From NCBI GenBank assembly GCA_044508495.1, contig JBIQHP010000002.1, forward strand, positions 3,128-60,508: a DNA stretch of 57,381 bases, written 5' to 3'. The stretch is from Clavibacter sp. Its GTDB lineage: Bacteria; Actinomycetota; Actinomycetes; Actinomycetales; Microbacteriaceae. This document shows, one piece after another, positions 26,237-36,829 of this stretch (positions within the stretch are counted from its first letter, which is position 1; each line of letters begins with the position of its first letter). Position numbers and translations under genes: made by a program. The notes under the pieces were generated by a model, which was not told the origin of the DNA, searched no databases, and saw only the letters and a list, made by a program, of their open reading frames with translations.

Positions 26237-27861
26237 CCACCGTAGAGTCGTCGACGGCGACAGAGACACCGTCGGCCGCACCGAGCCGCGGTTCGCGCTT
26301 CACCGGCGCCGTCGCCAACTACCTCGACGAGCGCACGAGCATCTCGGGGATCACCAAGGAGCTCGGTCGCAAGATCTTCCCCGACCACTGGTCCTTCATG
26401 CTGGGCGAGGTCGCGATCTACAGCTTCATCGCGATCCTGCTCTCCGGCACCTTCCTGACCTTCTTCTTCGAGCCGTCGATGACCGAGGTCCACTACGGCG
26501 GCTCCTACGTCCCGCTCAAGGGCATCGAGATGTCGGCGGCCTACTCCTCGACGCTCGACATCTCCTTCGACATCCGCGGCGGGCTGCTCATGCGGCAGGT
26601 CCACCACTGGGCGGCGCTGCTCTTCATCGCCGCGATCGGCCTGCACATGCTCCGAGTGTTCTTCAACGGCTCGTTCCGCAAGCCGCGCGAGCTCAACTGG
26701 GTCATCGGTTTCACGCTCTTCATCCTCGCGATGGGCGAGGGCTTCACCGGGTACTCCCTTCCCGACGACCTCCTCTCCGGAAACGGTCTGCGCATCATCG
26801 ACGGGATGGTCAAGGGGATTCCGCTCGTGGGCACCTGGATCTCGTATCTCCTGTTCGGCGGCGAGTTCCCCGGCTCCGTGATCGTCCCGAGGCTCTATTC
26901 TCTGCACATCCTGCTGCTCCCGGCGATCCTCGTCGCCGCACTCGGCCTCCACCTGCTGCTCATGGTCATCAACAAGCACACGCAGTATGCGGCTCCCGGG
27001 CGCACCAACGAGAACGTCGTGGGCGTGCCGATCATGCCGAACTTCGCGGCGAAAGCGGGCGGGTTCTTCTTCGTCGTCTTCGGCGTCATCGTGCTCATCT
27101 CCTCGTTCTTCACGATCAACCCGATCTGGAACTACGGGCCATACGATCCCTCGCCGGTCTCGGCCGGCACCCAGCCGGACTGGTACATCGGCTTCGCCGA
27201 CGGAGGGCTGAGGCTCGTGCCGCCGGGCTGGGAGTTCGTGCTGTGGGATCACACCTTCTCGCTCAACATCCTCGTGCCGCTCGCCGTCATCGGGCTCTTC
27301 ATCGTCGCGGTCATGTTCTACCCCTTCCTCGAGGCCTGGATCACCGGCGACGAGCGCGAGCATCACATCACCGAGCGCCCGCGCAACGCCCCGACCCGCA
27401 CGGCCATCGGTGCGGCCGGCGTGACCTTCTACGCCGTGCTCTGGGCGGCGGCGGGCTCCGACCTCATCGCCACCCACTTCCATCTCACGATCGAGGCCGT
27501 GACGCACTCGCTCCAGGCCCTGCTCATCCTCGGGCCGATCATCGCCTACTTCACCGCCAAGCGAGTATGTCTCGCCCTGCAGAAGAAGGACCGCGAGATC
27601 GCGCTCCACGGCTACGAGTCGGGCCGCATGGTCCGACTCCCGGGCGGCCAGTACGTCGAGGTTCACCAGCAGCTCGACGACTACGAGCGCTGGCGCCTCG
27701 TCGACTACGTCGACTACAAGCCCCTCATGGTCCGGCCCGATGCCAAGGGACGCATCTCCCTCATGCAGCGCGTGCGCGCGGTGTTCTCACGCTGGTTCTT
27801 CGAGGACCGGATCTCGCCGGCGACGCGGGGTGAGCTGGAGTCCGGCGAAGGACACCACTGA
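26233..27861 (+). CDS. qcrB: Cytochrome bc1 cytochrome b subunit
   Basis: FPDHWSF, RQVHHWAA, QPDWY; ATGA overlap with qcrA. Confidence 0.97.
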   Translation: MTTVESSTATETPSAAPSRGSRFTGAVANYLDERTSISGITKELGRKIFPDHWSFMLGEVAIYSFIAILLSGTFLTFFFEPSMTEVHYGGSYVPLKGIEMSAAYSSTLDISFDIRGGLLMRQVHHWAALLFIAAIGLHMLRVFFNGSFRKPRELNWVIGFTLFILAMGEGFTGYSLPDDLLSGNGLRIIDGMVKGIPLVGTWISYLLFGGEFPGSVIVPRLYSLHILLLPAILVAALGLHLLLMVINKHTQYAAPGRTNENVVGVPIMPNFAAKAGGFFFVVFGVIVLISSFFTINPIWNYGPYDPSPVSAGTQPDWYIGFADGGLRLVPPGWEFVLWDHTFSLNILVPLAVIGLFIVAVMFYPFLEAWITGDEREHHITERPRNAPTRTAIGAAGVTFYAVLWAAAGSDLIATHFHLTIEAVTHSLQALLILGPIIAYFTAKRVCLALQKKDREIALHGYESGRMVRLPGGQYVEVHQQLDDYERWRLVDYVDYKPLMVRPDAKGRISLMQRVRAVFSRWFFEDRISPATRGELESGEGHH

Positions 27862-27864
27862 CCG

Positions 27865-28308
27865 TTATTCGTCGAACCGCTTCTTGAGGAAGTCGGCGGT
27901 CGATCGGTAGTCGAGCCGTTCGTAGAACGCGGCGCTGCGCAGTGTGGCGACCGTGAGCTGCCGGACGCCGCGGTCGAGGCACTCCCGCTCGATCTCGCCG
28001 ACGAGCATGCTGCCGATCCCGCGGCCCCGCGAGCTCTCGTCGACGACGAGCTCCTGGAGCTGAGCGGAGTCGCCGTTGGTGTAGAAGAGACGCGCGATCG
28101 TTGCGAGGGCGTATCCGACCACCGCGCCGCCGTCCTCCGCGACGAAGAGGATGTGATCGTCCGCCTGCTCGACGGCGTCGGCGAAGGCCCCGTCGAAGAC
28201 CGGGCGATCGGGCGTGTACTGCTCGCCCAGCTGCGCCAGCAGCGCGAACACCGCGCCGCCGTCCTCCGGAACGGCACGCCGGATGACGGGTGCCGGGTTA
28301 GCGGCCAA
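27865..28308 (-). CDS. GNAT family N-acetyltransferase
   Basis: LVVDESSRGRGIGS acetyl-CoA motif, AAFYERL. Confidence 0.9.
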   Translation of the reverse strand: MAANPAPVIRRAVPEDGGAVFALLAQLGEQYTPDRPVFDGAFADAVEQADDHILFVAEDGGAVVGYALATIARLFYTNGDSAQLQELVVDESSRGRGIGSMLVGEIERECLDRGVRQLTVATLRSAAFYERLDYRSTADFLKKRFDE

Positions 28309-28720
28309 AGTATCCGCGGTAGTACTCGTAGGTCCAGCCGACGATGCTGACCAGCGCGAAGACGGCCCCGATGTAGGCGATCCAGGCGCCGATGGCGATC
28401 CCCAGGAAGACGAGGGCCGCTCCGGCGGCCACCATCATGGGCCACCAGCTCCACGGGCTGTAGAACCCGACCTCCGTGTCGCCGTCGTCGATGTTGGCCG
28501 TCGGGATGTCCTCGGGAAGCTCCCCGCCCTGCGCCCGGTAGTGCTTGCCGAGGTAGAACGCGATGAGCGCGAAGAGCGCGCCGCACAGCGCGAGCGCGAG
28601 CGTCCCCACCCATTCGACATAGCCGTGGAATGAGTCCACGAGGCTCCAGACGGTGTACATCGCCGAGGATCCCCAGAAGAAGATCGCGAGAATCCAGAAC
28701 AGATGGGTGTTGGTCTTCAC
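28298..28720 (-). CDS. ctaF: Cytochrome c oxidase subunit 4
   Basis: EWVGT, PED...IDDG...GFYSPWSWWP, EYYRG. Confidence 0.93.
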   Translation of the reverse strand: MKTNTHLFWILAIFFWGSSAMYTVWSLVDSFHGYVEWVGTLALALCGALFALIAFYLGKHYRAQGGELPEDIPTANIDDGDTEVGFYSPWSWWPMMVAAGAALVFLGIAIGAWIAYIGAVFALVSIVGWTYEYYRGYFGR

Positions 28721-28725
28721 GCTGG

Positions 28726-30498
28726 CTACTTCACTTTCTCGTCGCTGAGGTCCACGACCGGGGTGTCCGGAGCATCCTTGCCCGGGCCGATGCCGTACTG
28801 CACGGGAGCCGCCTCGGGATGGTTGAGGTCGAAGGCGGGAGACTCGGAACGGATGCGCGGGATCGAGGTGAAGTTGTGCCGCGGCGGCGGGCACGAGGTC
28901 GCCCACTCGAGCGAGCGCCCGTAGCCCCACGGGTCGTTGACGGTGACCTTGGGCGCCCTCCGGGCGGTGATGTACACGTTGTAGAGGAACGGGATCATCG
29001 AGATCCCGAGGAGCATCGCCCCCATGGTCGACAACTGGTTCATCCAGGTGAAGCCGTCCTCGGGCTGGTAGGTCTCGTAGCGGCGCGGCATTCCCATGAC
29101 CCCGAGCCAGTGCTGCACGAGGAAGGTCGTATGGAAGCCGAGGAACAGCAGCCAGAAGTGCACCTTGCCGAGGCGCTCGTTGAGCATCTTGCCCGTCCAC
29201 TTGGGCCACCAGAAGTAGAAGCCGCTGAACATCGCGAAGACGACGGTGCCGAAGACCACGTAGTGGAAGTGGGCGACGACGAAATAGGTGTCCGAGACGT
29301 GGAAGTCGAGCGGCGGCGAGGCGAGGATGACCCCGGTCAGGCCGCCGAAGGTGAAGGTCACGAGGAAGCCGATCGCCCAGAGCATCGCCGCCTCGAAGGT
29401 GATCGACCCTCGCCACATCGTGCCGATCCAGTTGAAGATCTTCACGCCCGTCGGCACGGCGATGAGCATCGTCATGAGCGAGAAGAAGGGCAGGAGCACG
29501 GAACCGGTCACGTACATGTGGTGGGCCCAAACGGTGACCGAGAGCGCCGCGATCGCGACCGTCGCCCCGACGAGGGTCTTGTAGCCGAAGATCGGCTTCC
29601 GGCTGAAGACCGGGAAGACCTCGGAGACGATCCCGAAGAACGGCAGCGCGATGATGTAGACCTCCGGATGCCCGAAGAACCAGAACAGGTGCTGCCAGAG
29701 GATCGCTCCCCCGGCCTCGACGTTGTAGATGTGCCCGCCGAAGACCCGGTCCATGCCGAGGCCGAGGAGCGCTGCGGCGAGCGGCGGGAAGGCCATGAGG
29801 ACGAGGATCGAGGTGACCATCGCGTTCCAGGTGAAGATCGGCATCCGGAACATCGTCATGCCCGGCGCGCGCATCGTGATGATCGTCGTGATGAAGTTGA
29901 CCGCGCCGAGGATCGTGCCGAACCCGCTCAGAGCGAGGCCGAAGACCCAGAGATTGCCGCCCGCCCCGGGTGAGAAGGTCGTCTCGGAGAGCGGTGCGTA
30001 GGCGAACCAGCCGAAGGACGCGGCCCCCTGCGGCGTGAGGAAGCCGGCGACGGCGATGAGGCTTCCGAAGCTGTAGAGCCAGTAGGCGAAGGCATTGAGC
30101 CGCGGGAAGGCGACGTCCGGCGCGCCGATCTGGAGGGGCATGATGACGTTGACGAAGCCCGCGAAGAGCGGCGTCGCGAACATGAGCAGCATGATCGTGC
30201 CGTGCATCGTGAACAGCTGGTTGTACTGCTCCTTGGTCTGCAGGAGCTCGAGGCCCGGCTCGAAGAGCTGGGCGCGGATGACGAGCGCCATGACGCCGCC
30301 GAGGCAGAAGTAGATGAACGAGGTGATGAGGTAGAGGTAGCCGATCTTCTTGTGATCGGTCGTCGTGATCCAGTCGACGATGAGCTCGCCCTTGGTGCCG
30401 ACCTTCGAGGCTCCGAAGTCCTGCCCGCTCCCCCGCCTGGGCTGCTGAGGCGCCGCCGGCCGGGACTCGCTCGTGCGGGGTGCTGTCGTTGTGCTCAT
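28726..30498 (-). CDS. ctaD: Cytochrome c oxidase subunit I
   Basis: [33 protein letters not shown]. Confidence 0.98.
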   Translation of the reverse strand: MSTTTAPRTSESRPAAPQQPRRGSGQDFGASKVGTKGELIVDWITTTDHKKIGYLYLITSFIYFCLGGVMALVIRAQLFEPGLELLQTKEQYNQLFTMHGTIMLLMFATPLFAGFVNVIMPLQIGAPDVAFPRLNAFAYWLYSFGSLIAVAGFLTPQGAASFGWFAYAPLSETTFSPGAGGNLWVFGLALSGFGTILGAVNFITTIITMRAPGMTMFRMPIFTWNAMVTSILVLMAFPPLAAALLGLGMDRVFGGHIYNVEAGGAILWQHLFWFFGHPEVYIIALPFFGIVSEVFPVFSRKPIFGYKTLVGATVAIAALSVTVWAHHMYVTGSVLLPFFSLMTMLIAVPTGVKIFNWIGTMWRGSITFEAAMLWAIGFLVTFTFGGLTGVILASPPLDFHVSDTYFVVAHFHYVVFGTVVFAMFSGFYFWWPKWTGKMLNERLGKVHFWLLFLGFHTTFLVQHWLGVMGMPRRYETYQPEDGFTWMNQLSTMGAMLLGISMIPFLYNVYITARRAPKVTVNDPWGYGRSLEWATSCPPPRHNFTSIPRIRSESPAFDLNHPEAAPVQYGIGPGKDAPDTPVVDLSDEKVK

Positions 30499-30508
30499 GT
30501 CGATCGCC

Positions 30509-31420
30509 CTACTCGTTACCCGCCGGGGCGTCGGTGCCCGGCTGGTTGGTGTTCGTGTTGTACTCCGGGCCGAGGATCCCGGTCTGCCCCTTGTCGGCCA
30601 GGCTCTTGATGTAGGCGTCGTACTCGCTCTGCGAGACCACCTTGACCTTGAAGAGCATGAGCGAGTGGTACTCGCCGCAGAGTTCCGCGCACTTGCCCAT
30701 GTACTCCCCCTCCTTGAGGGGAGTGAAGTACATGTGGTTCGTGTGGCCGGGGATCATGTCCTTCTTGTAGAGGAACTCGGGAACCCAGAACGAGTGGACG
30801 ACATCGCGGCTCTCGATGTCGATCGAGACCGTGTTGCCGACCGGAAGGTACAGCACCGGCAGCTGGTCGTAGTCGATGAACGGAGCGGCGTCGATCTCCT
30901 GCGCCTGGATGCCCGAGGAGTGCACCCCGTCGCCGTTCGGGCCGACGTTCAGGTAGTTGAAGTCCCAGGACCAGCGCTTGCCGACGACCTGGATCTCGAC
31001 ATCCGGGTTGGCGATCGGCTGCTCGATCTTGGCCTGGTCCCTCGCCGTGAAGGCGAAGAAGCCGAGGATGAGGATGAGGGGCACGATCGTGTAGAAGATC
31101 TCGATCGGCATGTTGTAGCGCAACTGGACCGGCAGGCCGGTCTGCCCCTTGCGGCGACGGTAGACGACCGCCGTCCAGATGATGAGACCCCAGACGAGCA
31201 GGCCGACGCCGAGGAGGATGATCCAGCTCGTGACCCAGAGACCGGTGATGTCGTCGGTGTGGTTGGTGATTCCGGGCTCGCCGGGGAGGAAGCCTCTCAG
31301 CTGCTGCTGCGTGCATCCGGCGAGGGCCACGGCAAGGCCCAGGGCGACCGGGATGGCGATCCATCGGAGACGACGAGGAGAACGCACGGTGAACCTCTCG
31401 GATGACGCGGAGACTGACAT
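30509..31420 (-). CDS. ctaC: Cytochrome c oxidase subunit II
   Basis: Lipobox LAGC, DVVHSFW, CuA motif [12 protein letters not shown]; start may be GTG 31387. Confidence 0.96.
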   Translation of the reverse strand: MSVSASSERFTVRSPRRLRWIAIPVALGLAVALAGCTQQQLRGFLPGEPGITNHTDDITGLWVTSWIILLGVGLLVWGLIIWTAVVYRRRKGQTGLPVQLRYNMPIEIFYTIVPLILILGFFAFTARDQAKIEQPIANPDVEIQVVGKRWSWDFNYLNVGPNGDGVHSSGIQAQEIDAAPFIDYDQLPVLYLPVGNTVSIDIESRDVVHSFWVPEFLYKKDMIPGHTNHMYFTPLKEGEYMGKCAELCGEYHSLMLFKVKVVSQSEYDAYIKSLADKGQTGILGPEYNTNTNQPGTDAPAGNE

Positions 31421-31492
31421 TCGCAGTCTATTGACTGCTCCCAGCCTACTCCGAAGGACGCGCCCTTCCGCGCCGGAATGAGGCCTCGAGGC

Positions 31493-31855
31493 CTAGTGGA
31501 AGGAATCCCCGCAGGCGCAACTGCCGGCCGCGTTCGGATTGTCGATCGTGAAGCCCTGCTTCTGGATGGTGTCCTCGAAGTCGATCGCGGCGCCGTCGAG
31601 GTAGGGAACGCTCATCTTGTCGACGACGACCTCGACACCGTCGAAGTCGACCGTGCTGTCCCCGTCGAGCAGGCGCTCGTCGAAGTAGAGCTGGTAGATG
31701 AGACCGGAGCATCCGCCCGGCTGGACGGCGACGCGCAGACGCAGATCGTCCCGGCCCTCCTGCTCGCACAGTGCGCGCACCTTGTGCGCGGCGGCCTCGG
31801 TCAGCGTGACCCCGTGGGCGGGGGCGATGGTCTCCGCCACTGTCGTTTCCGTCAT
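31493..31855 (-). CDS. erpA: HesB/IscA/ErpA family Fe-S assembly protein
   Basis: GGCSG and CACGDSF motifs. Confidence 0.93.
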   Translation of the reverse strand: MTETTVAETIAPAHGVTLTEAAAHKVRALCEQEGRDDLRLRVAVQPGGCSGLIYQLYFDERLLDGDSTVDFDGVEVVVDKMSVPYLDGAAIDFEDTIQKQGFTIDNPNAAGSCACGDSFH

Positions 31856-31889
31856 TCCTGCTCCCTCGATCCCTTCCAGTGTAAGCGCA

Positions 31890-33308
31890 TCACGCGCGCG
31901 AGTTCAGCTTCGACAGCAGGATCGCCTCGGTGAGAATCGCCCGCTTGAACACGCCGAGGTGGAGCGACTCGTTCGGGCTGTGCGCCCGCGAGTCGGGGTC
32001 CTCGACGCCGGTCACGAGGATCTGCGCCCCCGGGAACAGCTCGACCAGGTCGGCGATGAAGGGGATCGAGCCGCCGATGCCGGTCTCGACGGGGGCGACG
32101 CCCCAGCCCTCGGCCATCGCCTGCTTCGCCTCGGCGACCGCCCAGCCGCTCGTGTCGACGAGGAAGGGATCGCCGCGGTCGATGTCGTCGATCTCGACGA
32201 CCGCGCCGAAGGGCGCGTTCGCGCGGAGATGCCGCTCGAGCGCGACGAAGGCGTCGGCGGCGGACTGCCCGGGCGCGATCCTCGCGCTCACCCGGACCGC
32301 GACCGACGGTGCGAGCGTGTTCGAGGCGTTGGCCACGCTGGGCGCATCGATCCCTGTGACGGTGACGGCGGGCTGGTACCACAGCCGGCTCGGGATGCTC
32401 CCCGTCCCGATCGGGGACACCCCGTCGAGGAGCGCCGCCTCCTCGCGCAGCCGAGACTCCGAATAGTCCGGGCTCTCCCCCTGCGTGCTCGTGAGGCCCT
32501 CGACCGCGACGCTTCCCTCCGGATCGTGCAGGGTCGCGAGGAGCCGGATCATCGCGAGCATGGCATCCGGCACCGCGCCGCCGAACATGCCGGAGTGCGA
32601 GGCGTGGTCGAGCGTGCGCACCGTGAGCCGGAAGGTCACGTTGCCGCGCAGGGCGACCGTAAGCGCCGGCGTGTCGATGTCCCAGTTGTCCGAGTCGGCG
32701 ACGACGATGACATCGGCCGCGAGCTCCTCGCGGTGCTGCACGAGGAAGTTCTTGAACGAGCGGGAGCCGAACTCCTCCTCGCCCTCGAAGAACAGGGCGA
32801 GGCCGAGGTCGAAGTCAGGCCCCTCCGTCTCGACGAGGGCGCGGACGGCCGCGATGTGCGCCATGACCCCCGCCTTGTCGTCGGCCGCCCCGCGCCCGTA
32901 GAGGCGGTCTCCGCGGACGGCCGGCTCGAACGGGAGGGACTCCCAGTCCTCGTCCTTCCCGGGAGGCTGCACGTCGTGGTGCGCATAGAGCAGGATCGTC
33001 GGGCGGCCGTTCCTCGCCGCCCTCGTCGCGAGCACCGCCGGCTGCCCGAGGCTCTCGGTGTCGCCGATGGCCGCCTGGGAGATGCGCACGGAGTCGAAGA
33101 CGCCGAGCCCCTCGACGAGCTCCACGATCGCCTCGGCGCTGCGGTGGACGTTCGCCGGGTCGAAGGCGGCCCAGGAGACCGACGGGATACGCACGAGATC
33201 GCAGAGCTCGGCGATAGTGGCGGGCAGACCGGCGCCCACCGCCTCGGCCAGGCGATCGGCGGACGGACGGGCGGAGGAGTCGGCGGCGTCGCCGGGTGAG
33301 GAGGTCAT
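31890..33308 (-). CDS. M20 family dipeptidase
   Basis: YAHHDVQP, GRGAADDK, EGEEE, HSG, HSPNE. Confidence 0.93.
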   Translation of the reverse strand: MTSSPGDAADSSARPSADRLAEAVGAGLPATIAELCDLVRIPSVSWAAFDPANVHRSAEAIVELVEGLGVFDSVRISQAAIGDTESLGQPAVLATRAARNGRPTILLYAHHDVQPPGKDEDWESLPFEPAVRGDRLYGRGAADDKAGVMAHIAAVRALVETEGPDFDLGLALFFEGEEEFGSRSFKNFLVQHREELAADVIVVADSDNWDIDTPALTVALRGNVTFRLTVRTLDHASHSGMFGGAVPDAMLAMIRLLATLHDPEGSVAVEGLTSTQGESPDYSESRLREEAALLDGVSPIGTGSIPSRLWYQPAVTVTGIDAPSVANASNTLAPSVAVRVSARIAPGQSAADAFVALERHLRANAPFGAVVEIDDIDRGDPFLVDTSGWAVAEAKQAMAEGWGVAPVETGIGGSIPFIADLVELFPGAQILVTGVEDPDSRAHSPNESLHLGVFKRAILTEAILLSKLNSRA

Positions 33309-33348
33309 GACGGTAATCTTAAGCGATCACCGACAGCAGGGATGGAAT

Positions 33349-33927
33349 GTGGCCAAGGCAGGCAAGCACGACGACGCGGCGGACTACGACCTGAACACCG
33401 ACAGCACGATGACCGGCAAGGGCAGGCCCACCCCGACGCGCAAGGAGCGCGAGGCCGCGAACCGCCGCCCGCTCGTGAGCAACGATCGCAGGGCCGCGGC
33501 CAAGGCCTCGCGCGCGAAGATGGCCGAGGCCCGTGAGAAGGCCAGGATCGGCATGGCCGCCGGCGAGGAGAAGTACCTCCCGGTACGGGACAAGGGCCCG
33601 CAGCGCCGGTGGATACGCGACTACGTCGACGCCAGGTTCAGCGTCGGCGAGGTACTCATCCCGGTCATGTTCCTCGTCATCGTCCTGACCTTCATCAACG
33701 ACGAGCGCGTCCAGCTCATCGGCATCGCGGGCCTCTGGCTGTTCTTCCTCGCCGCCGTGATCGACGGCGTCATCCTCGGCCTCATCGTCAACCGGAGGCT
33801 CGCGGCGAGGTTCGGGGCGGACTCGCTCCAGCGCGGCAATCGCTGGTACGCCGCGATGCGCGCGATGCAGCTGAGGGTCATGCGGCTGCCGAAGCCTAAG
33901 GTCAAGCGGGGACAGTACCCCGCGTAG
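33349..33927 (+). CDS. DUF3043 domain membrane protein
   Basis: KGRPTPTRKE, RDKGP...RDYVDAR, RLPKP. Confidence 0.9.
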   Translation: MAKAGKHDDAADYDLNTDSTMTGKGRPTPTRKEREAANRRPLVSNDRRAAAKASRAKMAEAREKARIGMAAGEEKYLPVRDKGPQRRWIRDYVDARFSVGEVLIPVMFLVIVLTFINDERVQLIGIAGLWLFFLAAVIDGVILGLIVNRRLAARFGADSLQRGNRWYAAMRAMQLRVMRLPKPKVKRGQYPA

Positions 33928-34948
33928 GCCGCTTCGCGAGGCCCCGGTTGATCTGCCTGGCCCAGAGCGGCCCGCGATAGAGGAATCCCGTGTAGCCCTG
34001 CACGAGCGTCGCCCCCGCGTCGAGCCGCTCCCGGACATCCGCCGCCGTCTCCACTCCCCCGACCGAGATCACGCAGAAGCCCGCGGGGACGACCGAACGG
34101 ACGATCCGCAGCACCTCGAGCGCCCGAGCCGCGAGCGGAGCCCCGGAGAGGCCGCCGGCTCCCGCCCGCTCGATGAGAGCAGGCTCGCTCAGAAGGCCCT
34201 CCCGGGAGAGCGTCGTGTTCGTCGCCACGAGCCCAGACAGCCCGAGGGAGACGGCGAGCTCGCTCACCCTGCGCACCTCGGCGTCGCCGAGATCCGGGGC
34301 GATCTTCACGAGCACCGGGGTCGCCCCCGCCGCGTCGCGGACCGCGGTCAGCAGCGGGCCGAGGCGGTCGAGCTCCTGGAGGCCGCGAAGGCCCGGGGTG
34401 TTGGGCGAGCTCACGTTGACGGCGAGGTAGTCGGCCAGCGGCGCGAGGATGCGCGTGCTCGCCAGGTAGTCGTCGATCGCCGCCTCGACAGCGACGGCGC
34501 GGGACTTGCCGATGTTGACGCCGACGACCGGGCGGCACCGGCGCGACCTCTCCTTCGCGAGCCGCGGAGCGGCATCCGCGGAGCCGTGGTTGTTGAAGCC
34601 CATCCGGTTGACGACCGCGCGGTCCGGGATGAGCCGGAACAGCCGCGGCCGGTCGTTGCCCGGCTGCGGCAGCGCCGTGAGAGTGCCGACCTCGACGTGG
34701 CCGAAGCCGAGGCTCCACAGCCCTCTCATGCCCGTCGCATCCTTGTCGAATCCGGCGGCGACGCCGAAGGGCGAGGCGAAGCGCAGGCCCATGGCCTCGA
34801 CCGCGAGGGAGGGCTCCGGTCGGGTCAGGGCACGGGCGAGGGCCGAGAGGCCGGGAAGTCCGAGCACCCGGATGACGGCGAACGCGAGGGCGTGCGCGCG
34901 CTCGGGGTCGAGGCGCGACAGGAGCATCCGGAAGAGAAGGCGATACAT
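33902..34948 (-). CDS. pyrD: Quinone-dependent dihydroorotate dehydrogenase
   Basis: AAGFDK, NRMGFNN, NVSSPNTPGLR, KIAPD, GGLSG. Confidence 0.97.
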   Translation of the reverse strand: MYRLLFRMLLSRLDPERAHALAFAVIRVLGLPGLSALARALTRPEPSLAVEAMGLRFASPFGVAAGFDKDATGMRGLWSLGFGHVEVGTLTALPQPGNDRPRLFRLIPDRAVVNRMGFNNHGSADAAPRLAKERSRRCRPVVGVNIGKSRAVAVEAAIDDYLASTRILAPLADYLAVNVSSPNTPGLRGLQELDRLGPLLTAVRDAAGATPVLVKIAPDLGDAEVRRVSELAVSLGLSGLVATNTTLSREGLLSEPALIERAGAGGLSGAPLAARALEVLRIVRSVVPAGFCVISVGGVETAADVRERLDAGATLVQGYTGFLYRGPLWARQINRGLAKRPTRGTVPA

Positions 34949-34982
34949 GCGCTCGCCAGCCTAGCGGGCGCCGAGGCCAGCA

Positions 34983-35456
34983 CTAGGGCGTTTCGGCGGC
35001 GCCGGCCGTCTCGTGCTCGACCCTCAGGAGCGTGATCGCCGACTCGAAGTCCTCGAGGGAGTCGAAGCCCTGGTAGACGCTCGCGAAGCGGAGATAGGCG
35101 ACCTCGTCGAGCTCGCGGAGCGGCGGGAGGATGGCGAGGCCGATGTCGTTGGCGTCGATCTGGGAGACGCCGGTCGCCCGGATGGCCTCCTCGACCTGCT
35201 GCGCGAGCACGGCGAGATCGGTGTCGGTGACCGGGCGGCCCTGGCATGCCTTGCGGACGCCCGCGACGATCTTCTCCCGGCTGAACGGCTGCACGACGCC
35301 GCTGCGCTTGACGACGTTGAGGCTCGCGGTCTCCGTCGTGCTGAACCGGCGGCCGCACTCGGGGCACTGACGCCTGCGCCGGATGGACAGGCCGTCGTCG
35401 CTCGTGCGCGAGTCGACGACGCGGGAGTCCGGATACCGGCAGAACGGGCAGAACAT
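34983..35456 (-). CDS. nrdR: Transcriptional regulator NrdR
   Basis: CPFC...RRRRQCPEC zinc ribbon, ATP cone, AYLRFASVY. Confidence 0.97.
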   Translation of the reverse strand: MFCPFCRYPDSRVVDSRTSDDGLSIRRRRQCPECGRRFSTTETASLNVVKRSGVVQPFSREKIVAGVRKACQGRPVTDTDLAVLAQQVEEAIRATGVSQIDANDIGLAILPPLRELDEVAYLRFASVYQGFDSLEDFESAITLLRVEHETAGAAETP

Positions 35457-35468
35457 GGCAAGGAGAGC

Positions 35469-36794
35469 CTACTCCACCGGGGCCTCCGCCTCCGGGAAGC
35501 GCGCGGCGACGGCGGCGGCGTGGGCCGGGAGGTCCTCGGCGTAGGCGAGCGCCTGGATGTGCCCGCGAACGTCGCCGAGACCCGTCCGGTCGTAGCGGAT
35601 GATCTGCTGCGACCGCAGGAACGTCGACACGCCGAGTCCCGAGGAGAATCGCGCCTGACCTCCCGTCGGCAGCACGTGGTTGGACCCGGCGAGATAGTCT
35701 CCGAGGCTCACCGGCGCGTCCCCGCCGAGGAAGATCGCGCCGGCGCTGTCGATCGAGGCGAGCAGGGCATCCGGATCGGCCACCTGGAGCTCGAGGTGCT
35801 CCGGGCCGTAGGCGTTGCTGAAGGCGACCGCGGCGGCGAGGCCGTCGACGAGGACGATCGCGGACTGCTCGCCGCCGAGGGCCGCCCGCACCCGTGCGCC
35901 GTGGTGGGCGCTCTCGGCGAGCAGTCCGACCTCGGCCCGCGCGCGCGCGGCGAAGTCGGCCGAGTCCGTCACGAGCACCGCCGCGGCGAGCTCGTCGTGC
36001 TCGGCCTGGCTCACAAGGTCGGCCGCGACGAGCACCGGGTCCGCGTTCTCGTCCGCGATCACGAGGATCTCGGTCGGACCCGCCTCGGCGTCGATGCCGG
36101 TGACCCCGCGCACGAGGCGCTTGGCCGCCGCGACCCAGACGTTCCCCGGTCCGGTCACGAGGTCGACGGGGTCGAGCCCGAGATCGGCGACTCCATACGC
36201 GAAGGCGCCGATCGCGCCCGCACCGCCCATGGCGTAGACCTCGTCGACACCGAGCAGCGCGGCCGCGGCGAGGATCGACGGGTGCACGGCGCCCCCGAAC
36301 TCCCTCTGCGGCGGCGAGGCCAGCGCGAGGGAGGAGACGCCGGCGACCTGCGCAGGGACGACGTTCATGACGACGCTCGAAGGGTAGACCGCCTTGCCTC
36401 CGGGAACGTAGAGCCCCACTCGGCGGATCGGCTGCCAGCGCTGCTGAACGATCGCGCCCTCGCCGAGCCCGGTCGACACCGGCACCGGAAGCTGAGCCGC
36501 CGACACGGCGCGCACGCGCCGGATGGCCTCCTCGAGGGCGTCTCGCACGGCCGAGGGGATCCGTTCGGCGGCGTGCTCGAGCTCGGCGCTCGCCACGCGG
36601 ATCGCGGCGGGCCGCACGCCGTCGAGCCGCTCCGCCTGGTCGAGGAGGGCCGCCGATCCGCGCTCCCTGACGTCGCCGATGAGCTCTCCGGCCGCCTTCG
36701 CCGCCGACGAGACGTCGACCCGGGCACGCGGCATGAGCCGGGAGAGCTCGGCGGGGCTGTGCGCCGTTCCGCGCAGGTCGATCGTCGTGATCAT
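35469..36794 (-). CDS. hisD: Histidinol dehydrogenase
   Basis: GLYVPGG, GPGN, AGPTE, SQAEHD, PEHLE, NHVLPT. Confidence 0.97.
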   Translation of the reverse strand: MITTIDLRGTAHSPAELSRLMPRARVDVSSAAKAAGELIGDVRERGSAALLDQAERLDGVRPAAIRVASAELEHAAERIPSAVRDALEEAIRRVRAVSAAQLPVPVSTGLGEGAIVQQRWQPIRRVGLYVPGGKAVYPSSVVMNVVPAQVAGVSSLALASPPQREFGGAVHPSILAAAALLGVDEVYAMGGAGAIGAFAYGVADLGLDPVDLVTGPGNVWVAAAKRLVRGVTGIDAEAGPTEILVIADENADPVLVAADLVSQAEHDELAAAVLVTDSADFAARARAEVGLLAESAHHGARVRAALGGEQSAIVLVDGLAAAVAFSNAYGPEHLELQVADPDALLASIDSAGAIFLGGDAPVSLGDYLAGSNHVLPTGGQARFSSGLGVSTFLRSQQIIRYDRTGLGDVRGHIQALAYAEDLPAHAAAVAARFPEAEAPVE

Positions 36795-36829
36795 GGCGCG
36801 ACCCAGCCTAGCCGGGGCGACAGGCGAGG